Below are positions 10,295-21,088 of a DNA stretch of 64,000 bases, in pieces. The translations under genes and the position numbers were made by a program. Positions within the stretch are counted from its first letter, which is position 1, and every line of letters begins with the position of its first letter. The stretch is from an uncultured bacterium (GTDB lineage: Bacteria; Desulfobacterota_D; UBA1144; Nemesobacterales; UBA2774): assembly GCA_963825135.1 (NCBI GenBank), contig CAWGRW010000010.1, positions 128,001 through 192,000 of the forward strand. Direction: 5' to 3'. Under the pieces are notes generated by a model that was not told the origin of the DNA, made no database searches, and worked only from the letters and a program-made list of their open reading frames with translations.

Positions 10295-10988
10295 CCTGCC
10301 CTCCGTTCTCGATTCCGATCACCTTTCCGTCCTCCATCCTGATTATTCTATCCGCATATTCCGAAATCCTGCTGTCGTGGGTGACGATCAAAATGCACCG
10401 GCTTTCATCGAGTATGTTTTGCTTTACGAATTCCACAATCTTCCGCCCCGTATCCCCGTCGAGGGAAGCCGTCGGCTCGTCCAGTATCAGGATATCCGGA
10501 CGGCTGACGATCGCCCTCGCGATCGCGACGCGCTGCTGCTCTCCGCCGCTCAGCTTGAACGGGGGCAGGGTCGCCCTGTCCTTGAGTCCGACTATTTCCA
10601 GGTACTGCATGGATAATTTCATCGATTCGTCCCAGTCGTACTTTTTCAGGATCAGCGGAATAGCGACATTCTCCACGGTGGTCAGACGCGGAAAGAGGTG
10701 ATAGTCCTGAAACACGAACCCCACCGTGTTCAATCTGAAATCCGCGATCTCGTCGCTCGTCAGGTTCCAGATTTCCCTGTCCTTTACGCTCACCGCGCCG
10801 GAGTTTGGCCGGAGGATGCCAGAGATCATGCTCAACAGCGTCGTTTTTCCGCTCCCGGAAGGCCCTTCGATGTAGAGCATCTCCCCGAAGTTCGCCTCGA
10901 AGCTCACGCCCCTCACGGCGTAAGTTTTCGTCTCCCCTTCCCCGAACCATTTGACCAGTTCCCTGGCCTCGATTGCGTGATTCGCCAT
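10284..10988 (-). CDS. ABC transporter ATP-binding protein (LolD/DevA-like)
   Basis: Walker A GPSGSGKT, LSGGEQQR, ILDEPT. Confidence 0.95.
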   Translation of the reverse strand: MANHAIEARELVKWFGEGETKTYAVRGVSFEANFGEMLYIEGPSGSGKTTLLSMISGILRPNSGAVSVKDREIWNLTSDEIADFRLNTVGFVFQDYHLFPRLTTVENVAIPLILKKYDWDESMKLSMQYLEIVGLKDRATLPPFKLSGGEQQRVAIARAIVSRPDILILDEPTASLDGDTGRKIVEFVKQNILDESRCILIVTHDSRISEYADRIIRMEDGKVIGIENGGQGED

Positions 10989-10989
10989 G

Positions 10990-12198
10990 TCAGCCTCTGA
11001 AAATGTCGAACGGTTCTATTTTTATTACCTTCCTGACGCCTATGTAACTCGAAAAGCCCGCTATTATGAGCATCATGACAAACGCGCGTCCGAGGTTCGA
11101 GTAGGTGATGATCGATGCGTACGACGGCAGCCTGAGCTTGGCTATCGTAATCAGCAGGGTGCTCGAGCCTATGCCGAGTCCGTAGCCCGCAAGGCTCGTG
11201 AGCGCCGCCTGGAACAGGATCATGTAAATGAGCTCCGACCCCTTTGCGCCTATCGCTTTAAGGGCTCCGAACTTTTCGAGGTTCTCCAGCACGAACGTAT
11301 AAAAGGTTTGCCCGGATATGGACAGGCCGACTATGAAGCTTATTACGGTCATTATCAGTATATTCGTGCCGATTCCGGTTTTGTATTTATAATAAGTCGC
11401 TATCCTTTCTATCAGCTCGTCCTTCGTCTCCGCGCGGTATCCGAGCCTGCCTACCTCTTCCTTGATATGTTTCACCGCGGCCCGGTCCTTCGGCTCGACG
11501 AGTATGTACGAAGTCGTGTATCTCGAGTTAGGCAGATACTGGACGGCCCTCTTGTAAGTCGTATACAGCGTCGGGCTCCCGAATAGTCCGCCGGTAGTGG
11601 CTTTCGCAAGGCCCACGACGACGCCCCTGTGGTCGTTCACCTCGAATACGGTGCCGAGCTCCGGGCTTTCCAGCTTGGCGTATTCCCCGTCCTTGACGAC
11701 GATAAACGCGTTCTCGGCATAGATATCGTCGATGTTGCCCTCTAACAGCTCGGGCCTGCCGAAGAGACTCGAATCGTCGAGACCCAGGATCGTAACGGAC
11801 TGATAGTTGCCGTCCCGGAGCTTCACCAAAGCGCCTCCCGTATATAGCGGTACGGCGTATTTCACCCCGTTTATGCTCCTCACGGCGTCAAGCACGTAAT
11901 CGGGCATCGGGATGCTGTTTAACGGGTTATTTACGGAGGGGTCCATTACCCATATGTCGGCCCCGATGTTGATCATAGTCGAAGACGACCTGTGCAGGAC
12001 GCCCGCGAAGAGCGACGTCATCATATTCATCAAAAAGACGGCGAACGTCATGCCGAGTATAAGCGCGGCGAATTTCCCTTTGTCGTTAACCAGAAGCTTG
12101 AATGCGATTCTCAGGATACCCACGTTCTCAAAAGGGTTAGGTATCCGGAGCCTGCTGCGGAGGGAGCTTATCTTCTTCGAGATACTATATTTATCCAT
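10990..12198 (-). CDS. ABC transporter permease (FtsX/DevC-like)
   Basis: ADIWVMD periplasmic domain, LKAIGA motif, C-terminal TMs. Confidence 0.9.
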   Translation of the reverse strand: MDKYSISKKISSLRSRLRIPNPFENVGILRIAFKLLVNDKGKFAALILGMTFAVFLMNMMTSLFAGVLHRSSSTMINIGADIWVMDPSVNNPLNSIPMPDYVLDAVRSINGVKYAVPLYTGGALVKLRDGNYQSVTILGLDDSSLFGRPELLEGNIDDIYAENAFIVVKDGEYAKLESPELGTVFEVNDHRGVVVGLAKATTGGLFGSPTLYTTYKRAVQYLPNSRYTTSYILVEPKDRAAVKHIKEEVGRLGYRAETKDELIERIATYYKYKTGIGTNILIMTVISFIVGLSISGQTFYTFVLENLEKFGALKAIGAKGSELIYMILFQAALTSLAGYGLGIGSSTLLITIAKLRLPSYASIITYSNLGRAFVMMLIIAGFSSYIGVRKVIKIEPFDIFRG

Positions 12199-12590
12199 GG
12201 CCCTGTATCAATGATACGAATGCGCCAGTCCGTTTCCTTCGCCGTTTCTGTACCCGATATCGCTAAAGTCTACCCTATAACACCCCGGCGATAAGGATAT
12301 TTTGATGCCCGGCACTCTCACCTCAGTCAAGCACGGCGGCGGGTGAGCACCCGCGGGCATATGCTCTCAATCATCTCCTTTCCTGTCATTTCGAGCTGAA
12401 GGCGAGAAATCTATCTTTTGCCTTTTCTTCCCCGACATTACAGAATTTGCGGCACACAATGTGTGCTCATATACGATCCTTCCGAAACTCCTACGCTCAA
12501 ACCAGCAACGTAGCCAAACCCCTTCACCCTGAGCGCACACGAAGTGTGCTGTCGAAGGGTCTTCCTTAATTCCTTCCCCCTGGAGGGGGG

Positions 12591-12752
12591 ACGGCTTCGA
12601 GCATGGGGGTTTCGACCTTACAGCGAGAAACCGGTCGCCCCGGAGAACCTTTGAGCTTGCCCTCAATGAGCATCTACTGAATCAAAGTTGTCGGCGGGTG
12701 AACCTTTACCCGCTTAGGTCATGTGATCCATGCTCTCCGATTTGTCGAGCTG
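12591..12752 (+). mobile_element. Longer (about double-length) element X-like insertion in a REP
   Basis: ac-ggcttc-expanded loop-gaaacc-gg-tcgc inside ccttccccc..gggggg / ggtgaggatggggg. Confidence 0.5.
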
Positions 12753-12807
12753 TGGTGAGGATGGGGGTGTCACCTTAACTCAAATCAATCCAGAAAGTCT
12801 TCTTCTT

Positions 12808-12932
12808 CCCGACATTACAGAATTTGCGTTAAGAAAATCGATTGTACGAGCGTTAAGAATCTTACGCGGGGTGGGGTGGAATCGGAAGATTTAGCGAGTA
12901 CATGAGATTTTTAGCAAATTATGTAGTCGGAT
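12808..12932 (+). repeat. Element A copy 5
   Basis: Matches consensus. Confidence 0.95.
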
Positions 12933-13287
12933 GATTTTTGCTTCTTTTCATCAAGGAAAAGAAGGATAAAAAAATAGCCTTTCACCTTTCTTGTCTTTTC
13001 CTTGTCTTTTCGAAAGACCACACTACGTGTGTGGTTTTTTGTATCAAAATAATATTCTCCGATGGATGACGGAGATGCGGGAGTTTATCACCCCCACCTA
13101 TATCCTCCCCCCTCAAGGGGGAGGAAAATAATACGGATCGCGGCCGGAAGCCGCTCCTACAACTATGAGTGTCATTGCGAGGCTTCGCAGAAGCCGCGGC
13201 AATCTCGTCTTTTTCCTTCCCGGCATTACGGAATTTGCGGCGGGCACGCGCTCCCTGCATACTATATTACCGCAGGAGGTAAGTCCC

Positions 13288-14130
13288 ATGAAATTCGGAA
13301 TTTCCATGTTCCCCACGGATTACGCCATTCACCCGGCGGATCTCGCCCGCGAGGTCGAGAGCCGGGGCTTCGATTCGCTCTGGATGCCGGAGCACACGCA
13401 CATCCCTGTCAGCAGGCTGACCCCCGCGCCCGGAGGCGGCGACCTGCCGAAACACTACTGGCACACGTACGACCTGTTCGTCGCCCTCACTGCGGCGGCC
13501 TCGGCCACGACGCGCCTCCTCATCGCGAGCGGCATCTGCCTCATCATCGAGCGCGACCCCATCATTACGGCTAAGGAAATCGCGAGCCTCGACAGGCTCT
13601 CGGGCGGCCGGTTCATATTCGGCATAGGCGGGGGCTGGAACGCGGAGGAGATGGCGAACCACGGGACGGAATTCAAGAAGCGGTGGCGCATCATGCGCGA
13701 GCGCGTCCTCGCCATGAAAGAGATATGGACGAAGGACGAGGCCGAGTACCACGGGGAATTCGTCAACTTCGATAAAATATGGTCCTATCCGAAACCGCTT
13801 CAGAAACCGCATCCCCCGATACTGATAGGAGGCTCGGGCCCGACGACGTTCGACCGGGTCGTCGAGTACTGCGACGGATGGCTTCCCGCCGGAGTCGATC
13901 CCGAATCCATGCCCGGGAGAATGCAGGAGCTCCGCAGGAAAGCCGAAGAAGCGGGCCGCGCCCCCGGAGATATATCCGTCACCTTCGTGATATACAGCGA
14001 CCCCGACCGGGAAGCCGTGGACGCGCTTGAAAATGCCGGCGTCGAGAGAGCCGTATTCGCCGTAACGCCCGGAGAAAAGGACGCAGTACTCCCCGTTCTG
14101 GACAAATACGTCAAACTCGCGCGCACGTAG
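13288..14130 (+). CDS. LLM-class flavin/F420-dependent oxidoreductase
   Basis: GFDSLWMPEH, LDRLSGGRFIFGIGGGW, PKPLQKPHPPILIGG; start after AGGAGG. Confidence 0.92.
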   Translation: MKFGISMFPTDYAIHPADLAREVESRGFDSLWMPEHTHIPVSRLTPAPGGGDLPKHYWHTYDLFVALTAAASATTRLLIASGICLIIERDPIITAKEIASLDRLSGGRFIFGIGGGWNAEEMANHGTEFKKRWRIMRERVLAMKEIWTKDEAEYHGEFVNFDKIWSYPKPLQKPHPPILIGGSGPTTFDRVVEYCDGWLPAGVDPESMPGRMQELRRKAEEAGRAPGDISVTFVIYSDPDREAVDALENAGVERAVFAVTPGEKDAVLPVLDKYVKLART

Positions 14131-14331
14131 TCAGCCGTCGAAGGGCATATCCCAATCCTGTCATTTCGAGCAGCGCGAGAAATCTATCTTTTGCCTTTTC
14201 TTCCTCGACATTACAGAATTTGCGGCACATAATGTGTGCGCGCATACGATTCTTCCGAAGCTCCTCCGCTCAACCTGGCGTGTCATTGCGAGGCTTCGCA
14301 GAAGCCGCGGCAATCTAGTTTTTCTTCCTCT

Positions 14332-14458
14332 CCCGACATTACAGAATTTGCGTATAAGAAAATCGATTGTACGAGCGTTAAGAATCTTACGTGGGGTGGG
14401 GTTGAATTGGAAGATTTAGCGAGTACATGAGATTTTTAGCACAATTCTGTAGTCGGAT
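14332..14458 (+). repeat. Element A copy 6
   Basis: Matches consensus. Confidence 0.95.
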
Positions 14459-14713
14459 GATTTTTGCTTCTTTTCATCGAGGAAAAGAAGGATAAAAAAA
14501 ATAGCCTTTCACCTTTCTAGTCTTTTCATGATCTTTTCATAGACCACTTTAGGTGCACGGTGTTTTCAGAACCCACACTATGTGCGTTCATTCTTGGGCG
14601 CAGTACCTGCATACGCCTACGATCCTTCCCGACCCCCTCTGCCATTGCCTGCCGAGTTCCCGTCTCAGAAAATTTCGCTTTCTTCCGCGCGCTTACTGGT
14701 TACACTAATAGGT

Positions 14714-15184
14714 ATGAACGGAGCCGTCAATTTAGCGTACGCGGCGCTCGCACTCTTCGTGGCGGCGATCAGCTTCCCGGGGCTCGCCACGGCCAGGGAC
14801 ATCAGGGAGCAGGTGATGAAAGAGACCGTCCTCGACGAGGAGATCAGGGCCTTCTGCGCGCTCAGGTGCGTCGGGAACGAGAGGAAGGGGACGCTCAAGA
14901 GCCTCACCATCGACCCCGTCGGGAAAGGCCTCTACTCCGTGTTCGGGATAGCCGCGTTCAGGAACCGCGAGGTTATGGATAACCCGCTCGACTACGTCGT
15001 CTTCGACCACACCGTTTATATAAGCTCGCGCGGGACTCTCAACTCCGAGACCTGCGTGCTCAAGGTTACGGACGCGAAGGTGGATAACGACTACCACGGC
15101 ATTTTCACGGAGATGCTCCGCTCGGAGTCCGACGTCGTGGGCAAGACCTTCAAAGTCCCCGACTGCAAACGCTTCATCGAATAG
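14714..15184 (+). CDS. Secreted hypothetical protein
   Basis: Signal peptide, host-like codon usage, 4 Cys. Confidence 0.7.
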   Translation: MNGAVNLAYAALALFVAAISFPGLATARDIREQVMKETVLDEEIRAFCALRCVGNERKGTLKSLTIDPVGKGLYSVFGIAAFRNREVMDNPLDYVVFDHTVYISSRGTLNSETCVLKVTDAKVDNDYHGIFTEMLRSESDVVGKTFKVPDCKRFIE

Positions 15185-15457
15185 CACGCAGCACACAATG
15201 TGTGCGCATATACGATTCTTCCGAAACTCTCACGCTCAAACCAGCAACGAAGCCAAACCCGTTCGTGCTGAGCGCGAAGGTGGTCGAAGTCTCTTCCCAA
15301 TCCCCCTCAAAAAAGGGGGATTAAGGGGGATTAGTTTTCTCGTTCCCGACATTACAGAATTTGCGGCGGGTGAGCACCCGCAGGCATACGATCTCAAGCA
15401 TCTCCTTTCCTGTCATTTCGAACGCATGTGAGAAATCTGTCTTTCTTCTTTTTCTTC

Positions 15458-15651
15458 CCCGACATTACAGAATTTGCGTATAAGAAAATCGATTGTACGA
15501 GCGTTAAGAATCTTACGCGGGAGAATGCAAGCGAGGGATTGGAGCCTCTTATCCGCACGAGTTAGAGCCACGGACATCGCTATTATTGCCCGTGGGGTAT
15601 TGGAAGATTTAGCGAGTACATGAGATTTTTAGCACAATTCTGTAGTCGGAT
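15458..15651 (+). repeat. Element A copy 7 with a degenerate element X in its loop
   Basis: Insert shares gagccacggacatcgcta-like sequence with the copy 3 insert. Confidence 0.9.
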
Positions 15652-15823
15652 GATTTTTGCTTCTTTTCATCAGAGGAAAAGAAGAAATAAAATTCAGCCT
15701 TTGCTTATCCTTCTATTTGTCTTTTCGAAAGATCACACTACGTGGTGTCCGCTCGAGCGCTACCAGGGTGTCATTGCTAGCTGCGAAGCAGCGCGGCAAT
15801 CTCGTCTTTTCCTTCCCAAACAT

Positions 15824-16495
15824 TTACGGAATTTTCGTCGGGCGCCGCCCATAGACGAACCCGAACGCAGGCACGGCGAGAGCCGCCCCTATGAGCGGCG
15901 CGGCCAGGTATATCCACAGCCCCGCGAGATGAAACGACACGAGCGCGGGCGCGAGCGACCTCGCCGGGTTCATCGAAGCCCCCGACACCGGCCCCCCGAA
16001 CATCGCTTCGAGCCCCACGACGGCCCCTATCGCGATCCCCGCCATTATTCCCTTCTCCTTGCTCCCCGCGGACACGCTCAGTATCACGAACATGAGGAAG
16101 AACGTGAGCAGTATTTCGAGCGCGAACGACTGCATCCGGGGCCCCGAGGGCAGCGTCGCCCCCAGGTCCGTGCCCCCTCCGAAAAGGAGCGCGAGAGCGA
16201 GGCTCGCGGCGATAGCCCCCGCGCACTGGCTCACGACGTACGGGACCACCCTCCCTCCGGGGAACCGGCCCGCCATCCAGAACCCGAGCGTGACCGCGGG
16301 GTTGATGTGCGCCCCCGACACGTCGCCGATTGCGTATATGACGGACATCACCGTGAGCCCCCACACTGCCGCTACCCCCGCGTGCGTGATGACGCCTGCG
16401 TAGAGGCTGTTCACCACCATCGCGCCCGTGGCGGCGAAGACGAGAAAGAACGTCCCCAGCCCTTCCGCGAAATAGATACGCATAGACTCCTTCAT
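15824..16495 (-). CDS. MIP-family aquaporin/aquaglyceroporin, likely arsenite channel
   Basis: Two NPA motifs (SGAHINPAVT, SMNPARS); downstream of arsR-arsC. Confidence 0.92.
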   Translation of the reverse strand: MKESMRIYFAEGLGTFFLVFAATGAMVVNSLYAGVITHAGVAAVWGLTVMSVIYAIGDVSGAHINPAVTLGFWMAGRFPGGRVVPYVVSQCAGAIAASLALALLFGGGTDLGATLPSGPRMQSFALEILLTFFLMFVILSVSAGSKEKGIMAGIAIGAVVGLEAMFGGPVSGASMNPARSLAPALVSFHLAGLWIYLAAPLIGAALAVPAFGFVYGRRPTKIP

Positions 16496-16598
16496 CCCGG
16501 ACCGGACCTCCGTTCGTTCGGCATTGTGATTGTAATGTGAGACGCCGCCTGATTATCCGCGCGGCGCCCGGTGATTTTTAATTGTGCCGGAACCCGGC

Positions 16599-17061
16599 TC
16601 AGACGGCTTTAATTCTACCCTTCTCATCCGCTTTTTCGGCGTCCGCGACCCACCCGGAGATCTTTTCCTTTATCCTGTCCCTCAATTCCCTCACCCTCTC
16701 CATAATCTCCTCGTCGGTCCCGGTGAATTTCGAAGGGTCGGGAAAGCTCCAGTGCAGCGTCTCCCTGCGTCTCGGGGAATATCGGGCACGACTCGGCCGA
16801 CGTCTCGTCGCACACCGTTATGACGTACGTGTAATAACGCCCCTGCTTGAGCAGGTCGAACGCGGACACGGTCTTTTTCCCCGTAATGTCTATGCCCTCT
16901 TCCCTAAGAGCGGCAACGGCGTGGGGGTTGAGGGTCCCCGGCTCGAGCCCCGCGCTCTCGACTTCGAACCTGTCCCCCGCTATTTTTCTGAGCAGCTCCT
17001 CGGCCATCTGGCTCCGGGCTGAATTATGCACGCACACGAAAAGCACCCTGTGTTTCGTCAT
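16599..17061 (-). CDS. arsC: Thioredoxin-type arsenate reductase (LMW-PTP fold), one frameshift near 16770
   Basis: [23 protein letters not shown]; alternative frame continues LHWSFPDPS...RDRIKEKI to TGA at 16599. Confidence 0.88.
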
Positions 17062-17420
17062 GACTTGCTCTCCTTCCTGCAGAACGAGATAAAAGACTTC
17101 GCCTCTATAAGCGAGCTGCGCGTGCAGCACTCCGAGAAGAGAAAAGTAAGGATATCCTCGAGCGCGTGCGCCTCGGCCCTGTAACGGAGGAACTGGCTCT
17201 CCCTCTTCACGCCGGCAAGCCCCGCCGTCCTGAGCTTTTCCAGGTGATGAGAGAGCGTCGAGCCCGGAACGCCGAGCTCCGACTGTATGTCCCCCACCAC
17301 CATGCCTTCGGGATGAGAGGCCAGCAGGAGCCTCATTATCATGAGCCTGTGCTCGTTCCCCATCGCCGAGATCATATCGGCCAGGCGGGCCACGCTCTTT
17401 TTCTGCGGTTTTAGTTTCAT
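17058..17420 (-). CDS. arsR: ArsR/SmtB metalloregulator
   Basis: STLSHHL HTH, C-terminal ECC As(III) site. Confidence 0.9.
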   Translation of the reverse strand: MKLKPQKKSVARLADMISAMGNEHRLMIMRLLLASHPEGMVVGDIQSELGVPGSTLSHHLEKLRTAGLAGVKRESQFLRYRAEAHALEDILTFLFSECCTRSSLIEAKSFISFCRKESKS

Positions 17421-17440
17421 ATTTCTATTATAGTAGAAAT
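17421..17440. promoter_or_regulatory. Candidate ArsR operator
   Basis: ATTTCTA-N6-TAGAAAT palindrome abutting the arsR start. Confidence 0.5.
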
Positions 17441-17621
17441 GTAGTAATATGCAAGGGGATACGGAGCGGCGCGCAATGTGCGCCCGTACGCGATCTTTCC
17501 GAATCTCTTCAGCTAAAGCCGGCGACGAAGCCCGTCCGTTCGTCCTGAGCTTGTCGAAGGGTCGAGGATTGAACGGGTGATACCTCAGTACGTCGGCGGC
17601 GGCCCGCCGCGCCGGAGGGAG

Positions 17622-17864
17622 CTAAGCAGTCCCCTCGTCCTCATCCGTCTCCAGTAAGCGGCGCTTCGGGCTCTGGTCCCTCCAGTTGGCTCCGCAGGAT
17701 TTGCAGCCCAGGTCGGGGTCGCTGCCGAACACGACGCACCCGCCGAGCATGACCTCGCCCATAATGGCCCTGGCTTCGAGATCGGGGCCCGGGAGGCCGT
17801 ATATTATCGGAACGACGTCGTGCGAGCCGCATTCAGGGCACGCGGTTTTTTCGAATTTACTCAT
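17622..17864 (-). CDS. Small zinc-ribbon hypothetical protein
   Basis: CPECGS..PIIYGLP...LGGC...CKSCG. Confidence 0.75.
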   Translation of the reverse strand: MSKFEKTACPECGSHDVVPIIYGLPGPDLEARAIMGEVMLGGCVVFGSDPDLGCKSCGANWRDQSPKRRLLETDEDEGTA

Positions 17865-18122
17865 ACGTAGATATTAAACTATAGCCCCCCTGACCGCAAA
17901 AAAAATCCCCTTTCCTCCGCTGTGGAAGAAAGGGGGATTCAAATTCTCTGTCATTGCGCGCTGCGAAGGAGCGCGGCAGTCTCGTCTTTCCTTCCCGACA
18001 TTACAGAATTCGCGGCCGGTGAGCACCCGCACATTAATTTACCTCCCCCCTTTTCAAAGTGGGGGAGGGTTCGGGTGGGGGGTTTACATTACAATCCAAT
18101 CAACCAAGAAAGTCTTCTCTTC

Positions 18123-18247
18123 CCCGACATTACAGAATTTGCGTCAAGAAAATCGATTGTACGAGCGTTAAGAATCTTACGTGGGCTGGGGTGGGATCGG
18201 AAGATTTAGCGAGTACATGAGATTTTTAGCAAATTATGTAGTCGGAT
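18123..18247 (+). repeat. Element A copy 8
   Basis: Matches consensus. Confidence 0.95.
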
Positions 18248-18326
18248 GATTTTTGCTTCTTTTCATCAAGGAAAAGAAGGATAAAAATAAAGCCTTTCAC
18301 CTTTCTTTGCCTTTCTCCCCGACCAC

Positions 18327-18365
18327 AAAAAAAGCCCCTTCCCTCCATTGCGGAAGAAAGGAGCT
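18327..18365 (-). terminator. Repeated intrinsic terminator-like hairpin downstream of minus-strand genes (also ~4037, 17898, 22337, 26495, 27935, 28693, 52807)
   Basis: Plus strand aaaaaagcccctt...gaagaaagg reads as hairpin + U-tract on the minus strand. Confidence 0.6.
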
Positions 18366-18424
18366 CCAATTTTCATGTCATTCCGGACTCGATCCGGAAT
18401 CTCATCTTTTATAATGTAAAACTT

Positions 18425-18964
18425 CTATACCGCCTGCGCCCTCTTGCGCTTGAAAGCGAAGAACACGCCGACGATCATCAGCCCCGCTGCCGCGGCGATC
18501 ATCCCCCACTCGCTGAGGGTCGGAATATTCGAAACAGTATCCCCAGGCACGTTGATAAACAAGCATCCGCCCCCCCCATTTTGCTCATCGCACTCTATTC
18601 TCACCCCGTCACTGAGTCTCGTGACGGTCACTCCATCGGTTTTACACTGGACGTCATCCAGCACCCAGCCCTTGATCGGCAGCTCCCTTATCTCAATAAA
18701 GCCCGTAAACGGTCCGCCGGTGCCCTCGCCGTCAATTAATGTGAAATCCCCGTCCCCCTCCGAATCGTGGGTAGTGAAGCGGAATACCAGGTCGCCCGCC
18801 CCTTCCGCCTGCTTGGCTATGCCGATGCCGCACTCCTGCGCCCGCGCGCTGTCGCCGTATCCGGCGAGCATCGTAATGCCGGTCAAGACTAAAACGAGCA
18901 GGGAAATCTTACATACCGTGTCGAATGCTCTATTCATACGTCCTCCGTAACGTTTATTTTTCAT
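18425..18964 (-). CDS. IPTL-CTERM surface protein
   Basis: IPTLSEWG-TM-KRKR; GWVLDDVQC motif. Confidence 0.92.
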   Translation of the reverse strand: MKNKRYGGRMNRAFDTVCKISLLVLVLTGITMLAGYGDSARAQECGIGIAKQAEGAGDLVFRFTTHDSEGDGDFTLIDGEGTGGPFTGFIEIRELPIKGWVLDDVQCKTDGVTVTRLSDGVRIECDEQNGGGGCLFINVPGDTVSNIPTLSEWGMIAAAAGLMIVGVFFAFKRKRAQAV

Positions 18965-19018
18965 TGTCGTTCACAACGCCGATCGGGAATCTTGTCTTTT
19001 ATATCCCATATATCCTCT

Positions 19019-19579
19019 CTATACCGCCTGCGCCCTCTTGCGCCTGAAAGCGAAGAACACGCCGATCAGCACGAGCCCCGCCGCCGCCGCTATCATCCCC
19101 CACTGGGACAGCGTGGGTATGTTGCTCACAATCTCGCCCGGCACATTGAAGAAAGTACACGACCCGGATGCGTTGTTCGGGTCCGTGCAGTTCAATACAA
19201 CGCCGCCGTCTACAGTTTCAAAAGTTATGCCGGTGGTATCGCATTCGATATGATCCAGCTTCCATCCGGATATCGGATCCTCGAAAACCGACAGGTTCGA
19301 GGAATCATCGAAACCAAGAAGAATGCATGCACCCATAGCTTCGGTGGGTATAAGGTCGAATTCATCTATCACTCCGCCATGGTCCGTTGTGAACGGAAAG
19401 AGCAGATCTCCCGCCCCCTCAGCGCTTTTGCAAATCCCTATATCGCACTCCTGCGACCGCGCGCTCCCGCCAAACCCCGCAATACCGGCCGCCGTCAATA
19501 ATAACAGCGCGATCATCAACAGCGAATTCAGTACTATTTTCATCAGAGCCTCCGTAACGTAATCCTTGTTTTTGTTCAC
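19019..19579 (-). CDS. IPTL-CTERM surface protein
   Basis: IPTLSQWG-TM-RRKR. Confidence 0.92.
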   Translation of the reverse strand: MNKNKDYVTEALMKIVLNSLLMIALLLLTAAGIAGFGGSARSQECDIGICKSAEGAGDLLFPFTTDHGGVIDEFDLIPTEAMGACILLGFDDSSNLSVFEDPISGWKLDHIECDTTGITFETVDGGVVLNCTDPNNASGSCTFFNVPGEIVSNIPTLSQWGMIAAAAGLVLIGVFFAFRRKRAQAV

Positions 19580-19690
19580 AGTTTTTAGCTTAATTTATAT
19601 TCCCTTAAACGCTCTTCTCCTTCCGGATTCAGCGGCCTCTCGGCTGCGCGTAATTTACTCCTCCGCTATCAGCTTATGGCGTCCGAAGGC

Positions 19691-20245
19691 TTACTTGCGC
19701 GCAGTCGTTTCACCGCGAAGAACACTCCGGCAAGCATCGAGTCCCGCCGCCGCCGAAATCATCCCCCATTCCGAAAGAGTCGGGATGTTCGAAACAGTGG
19801 CCCTGTTCACGAACGTGCATGTCACGGTAACACTCGCCTGCGTATGACATTGTCCGCTTACTCCGTCCGGTATATCGGCGATCGTGATACCCGGTTGGGG
19901 ATCGCACACGACATCCTGAAGAGCCCAGCCGGTGGTCGGCGATTCGGTGGCATCGAGGGTCGTATCAAAGTCGAAAGACTCAGTAAAACAGTCCCCTCCG
20001 TCAAAGAGCGCGACCGCAACAGGCTTCCCTTCGCCGTTGAAATTAATGGTGAATGGGGTATCCCCGGCGCCCGGAGCAGACTTGCAGATCTCCAGAGCGC
20101 AGTTCTGGGCATTCGCGCTTCCGCCAAACCCCGCAATACCTGCCGCCGTCAATAAGAACAGCGCGATCATCAACAGCGAATTCAGTACCTTTTTCATCCG
20201 AGCCTCCGTAACGAAATCCTTATGTCTGTTCATAGTTTTCAGCAT
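19691..20245 (-). CDS. IPTL-CTERM surface protein, frameshift within the TM anchor (~19740)
   Basis: IPTLSEWGMISAAAGL, then frame breaks; GVFFAVKRLR in another frame. Confidence 0.85.
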   Translation of the reverse strand: MLKTMNRHKDFVTEARMKKVLNSLLMIALFLLTAAGIAGFGGSANAQNCALEICKSAPGAGDTPFTINFNGEGKPVAVALFDGGDCFTESFDFDTTLDATESPTTGWALQDVVCDPQPGITIADIPDGVSGQCHTQASVTVTCTFVNRATVSNIPTLSEWGMISAAAGLDACRSVLRGETTARK

Positions 20246-20342
20246 GCTTTATATTCCCTTAAACGCTCTTCTCCTTCCGGCTTCAGCAGCCTCTCAGCTG
20301 CGCGTAATTTACTCCTCCGCTATCAGCTTACGGCGTCCGACT

Positions 20343-20423
20343 GCTTACTTGCTCGCAGTCGTTTCACAGCGAAGAACACGCCGATCAGCACGAGCCCCGC
20401 CCCGGCCGCGATCATCCCCCACT
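20343..20423 (-). pseudogene. Isolated IPTL-CTERM tail remnant
   Basis: Encodes only WGMIAAGAGLVLIGVFFAVKRLRASK; upstream part replaced by a REP palindrome. Confidence 0.7.
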
Positions 20424-20554
20424 TTAGTTTTTGAATTTCCCCCTTTACAAAGGGGGATTCAGGGGGATTTGAATTTCTTTCTTTTAAGAATTAAACGCCC
20501 TCTTCCTTCCGGCTTAAGCAGCCTCTCGGCTGCGCGCAATTTACTCCTCCGCTA

Positions 20555-21088
20555 TCAGCTTACGGCGTCCGAAGGCTTACTTGCTCGCAGTCGTTTCGCC
20601 GCGAAGAACACGCCGACGATCATCAGCCCCGCACCGGCCGCGATCATCCCCCACTCCGAGAGAGTCGGGATGCTTCGTGACCCGGAACCTCCGACATTCG
20701 TAAACGTACAAGACCCTGTGCTGCCCGGAACCAGGCAGACGACTTGAACGGCGTTCTCGGTATCGAAGTTGAAGCCGAGACCCTCACCCGTGCAGGATAT
20801 GTCGTCGAGGTTCCAGCCTTCCAGCGGCAGCTCGACGATTACGGCGCTTGAAGAGAAATTCACCGCCGATGTTGCGCCATCCATAAGAGAACCCGGAATC
20901 GACGGGCCGTTGTCCAAGGTAACTTCAAAGGGGAATTCCGTGTCCCCCCCGCCCTGCGCAACCTTCGTGAACTCTATACGGCACTCCTGGGCCCTTGCGC
21001 CTTCAGGAGTCATAAAAACCACGGAGCATGCCGAAATAATTAGAAATAATAGAACAATACGGATGGAAAAACTTGAAATTTCCCTGAT
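20555..21088 (-). CDS. IPTL-CTERM surface protein (in-frame ATC after AGGAGG may be the start)
   Basis: IPTLSEWG tail; signal peptide extends in frame upstream of 21022. Confidence 0.85.
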   Translation of the reverse strand: MREISSFSIRIVLLFLIISACSVVFMTPEGARAQECRIEFTKVAQGGGDTEFPFEVTLDNGPSIPGSLMDGATSAVNFSSSAVIVELPLEGWNLDDISCTGEGLGFNFDTENAVQVVCLVPGSTGSCTFTNVGGSGSRSIPTLSEWGMIAAGAGLMIVGVFFAAKRLRASKPSDAVS

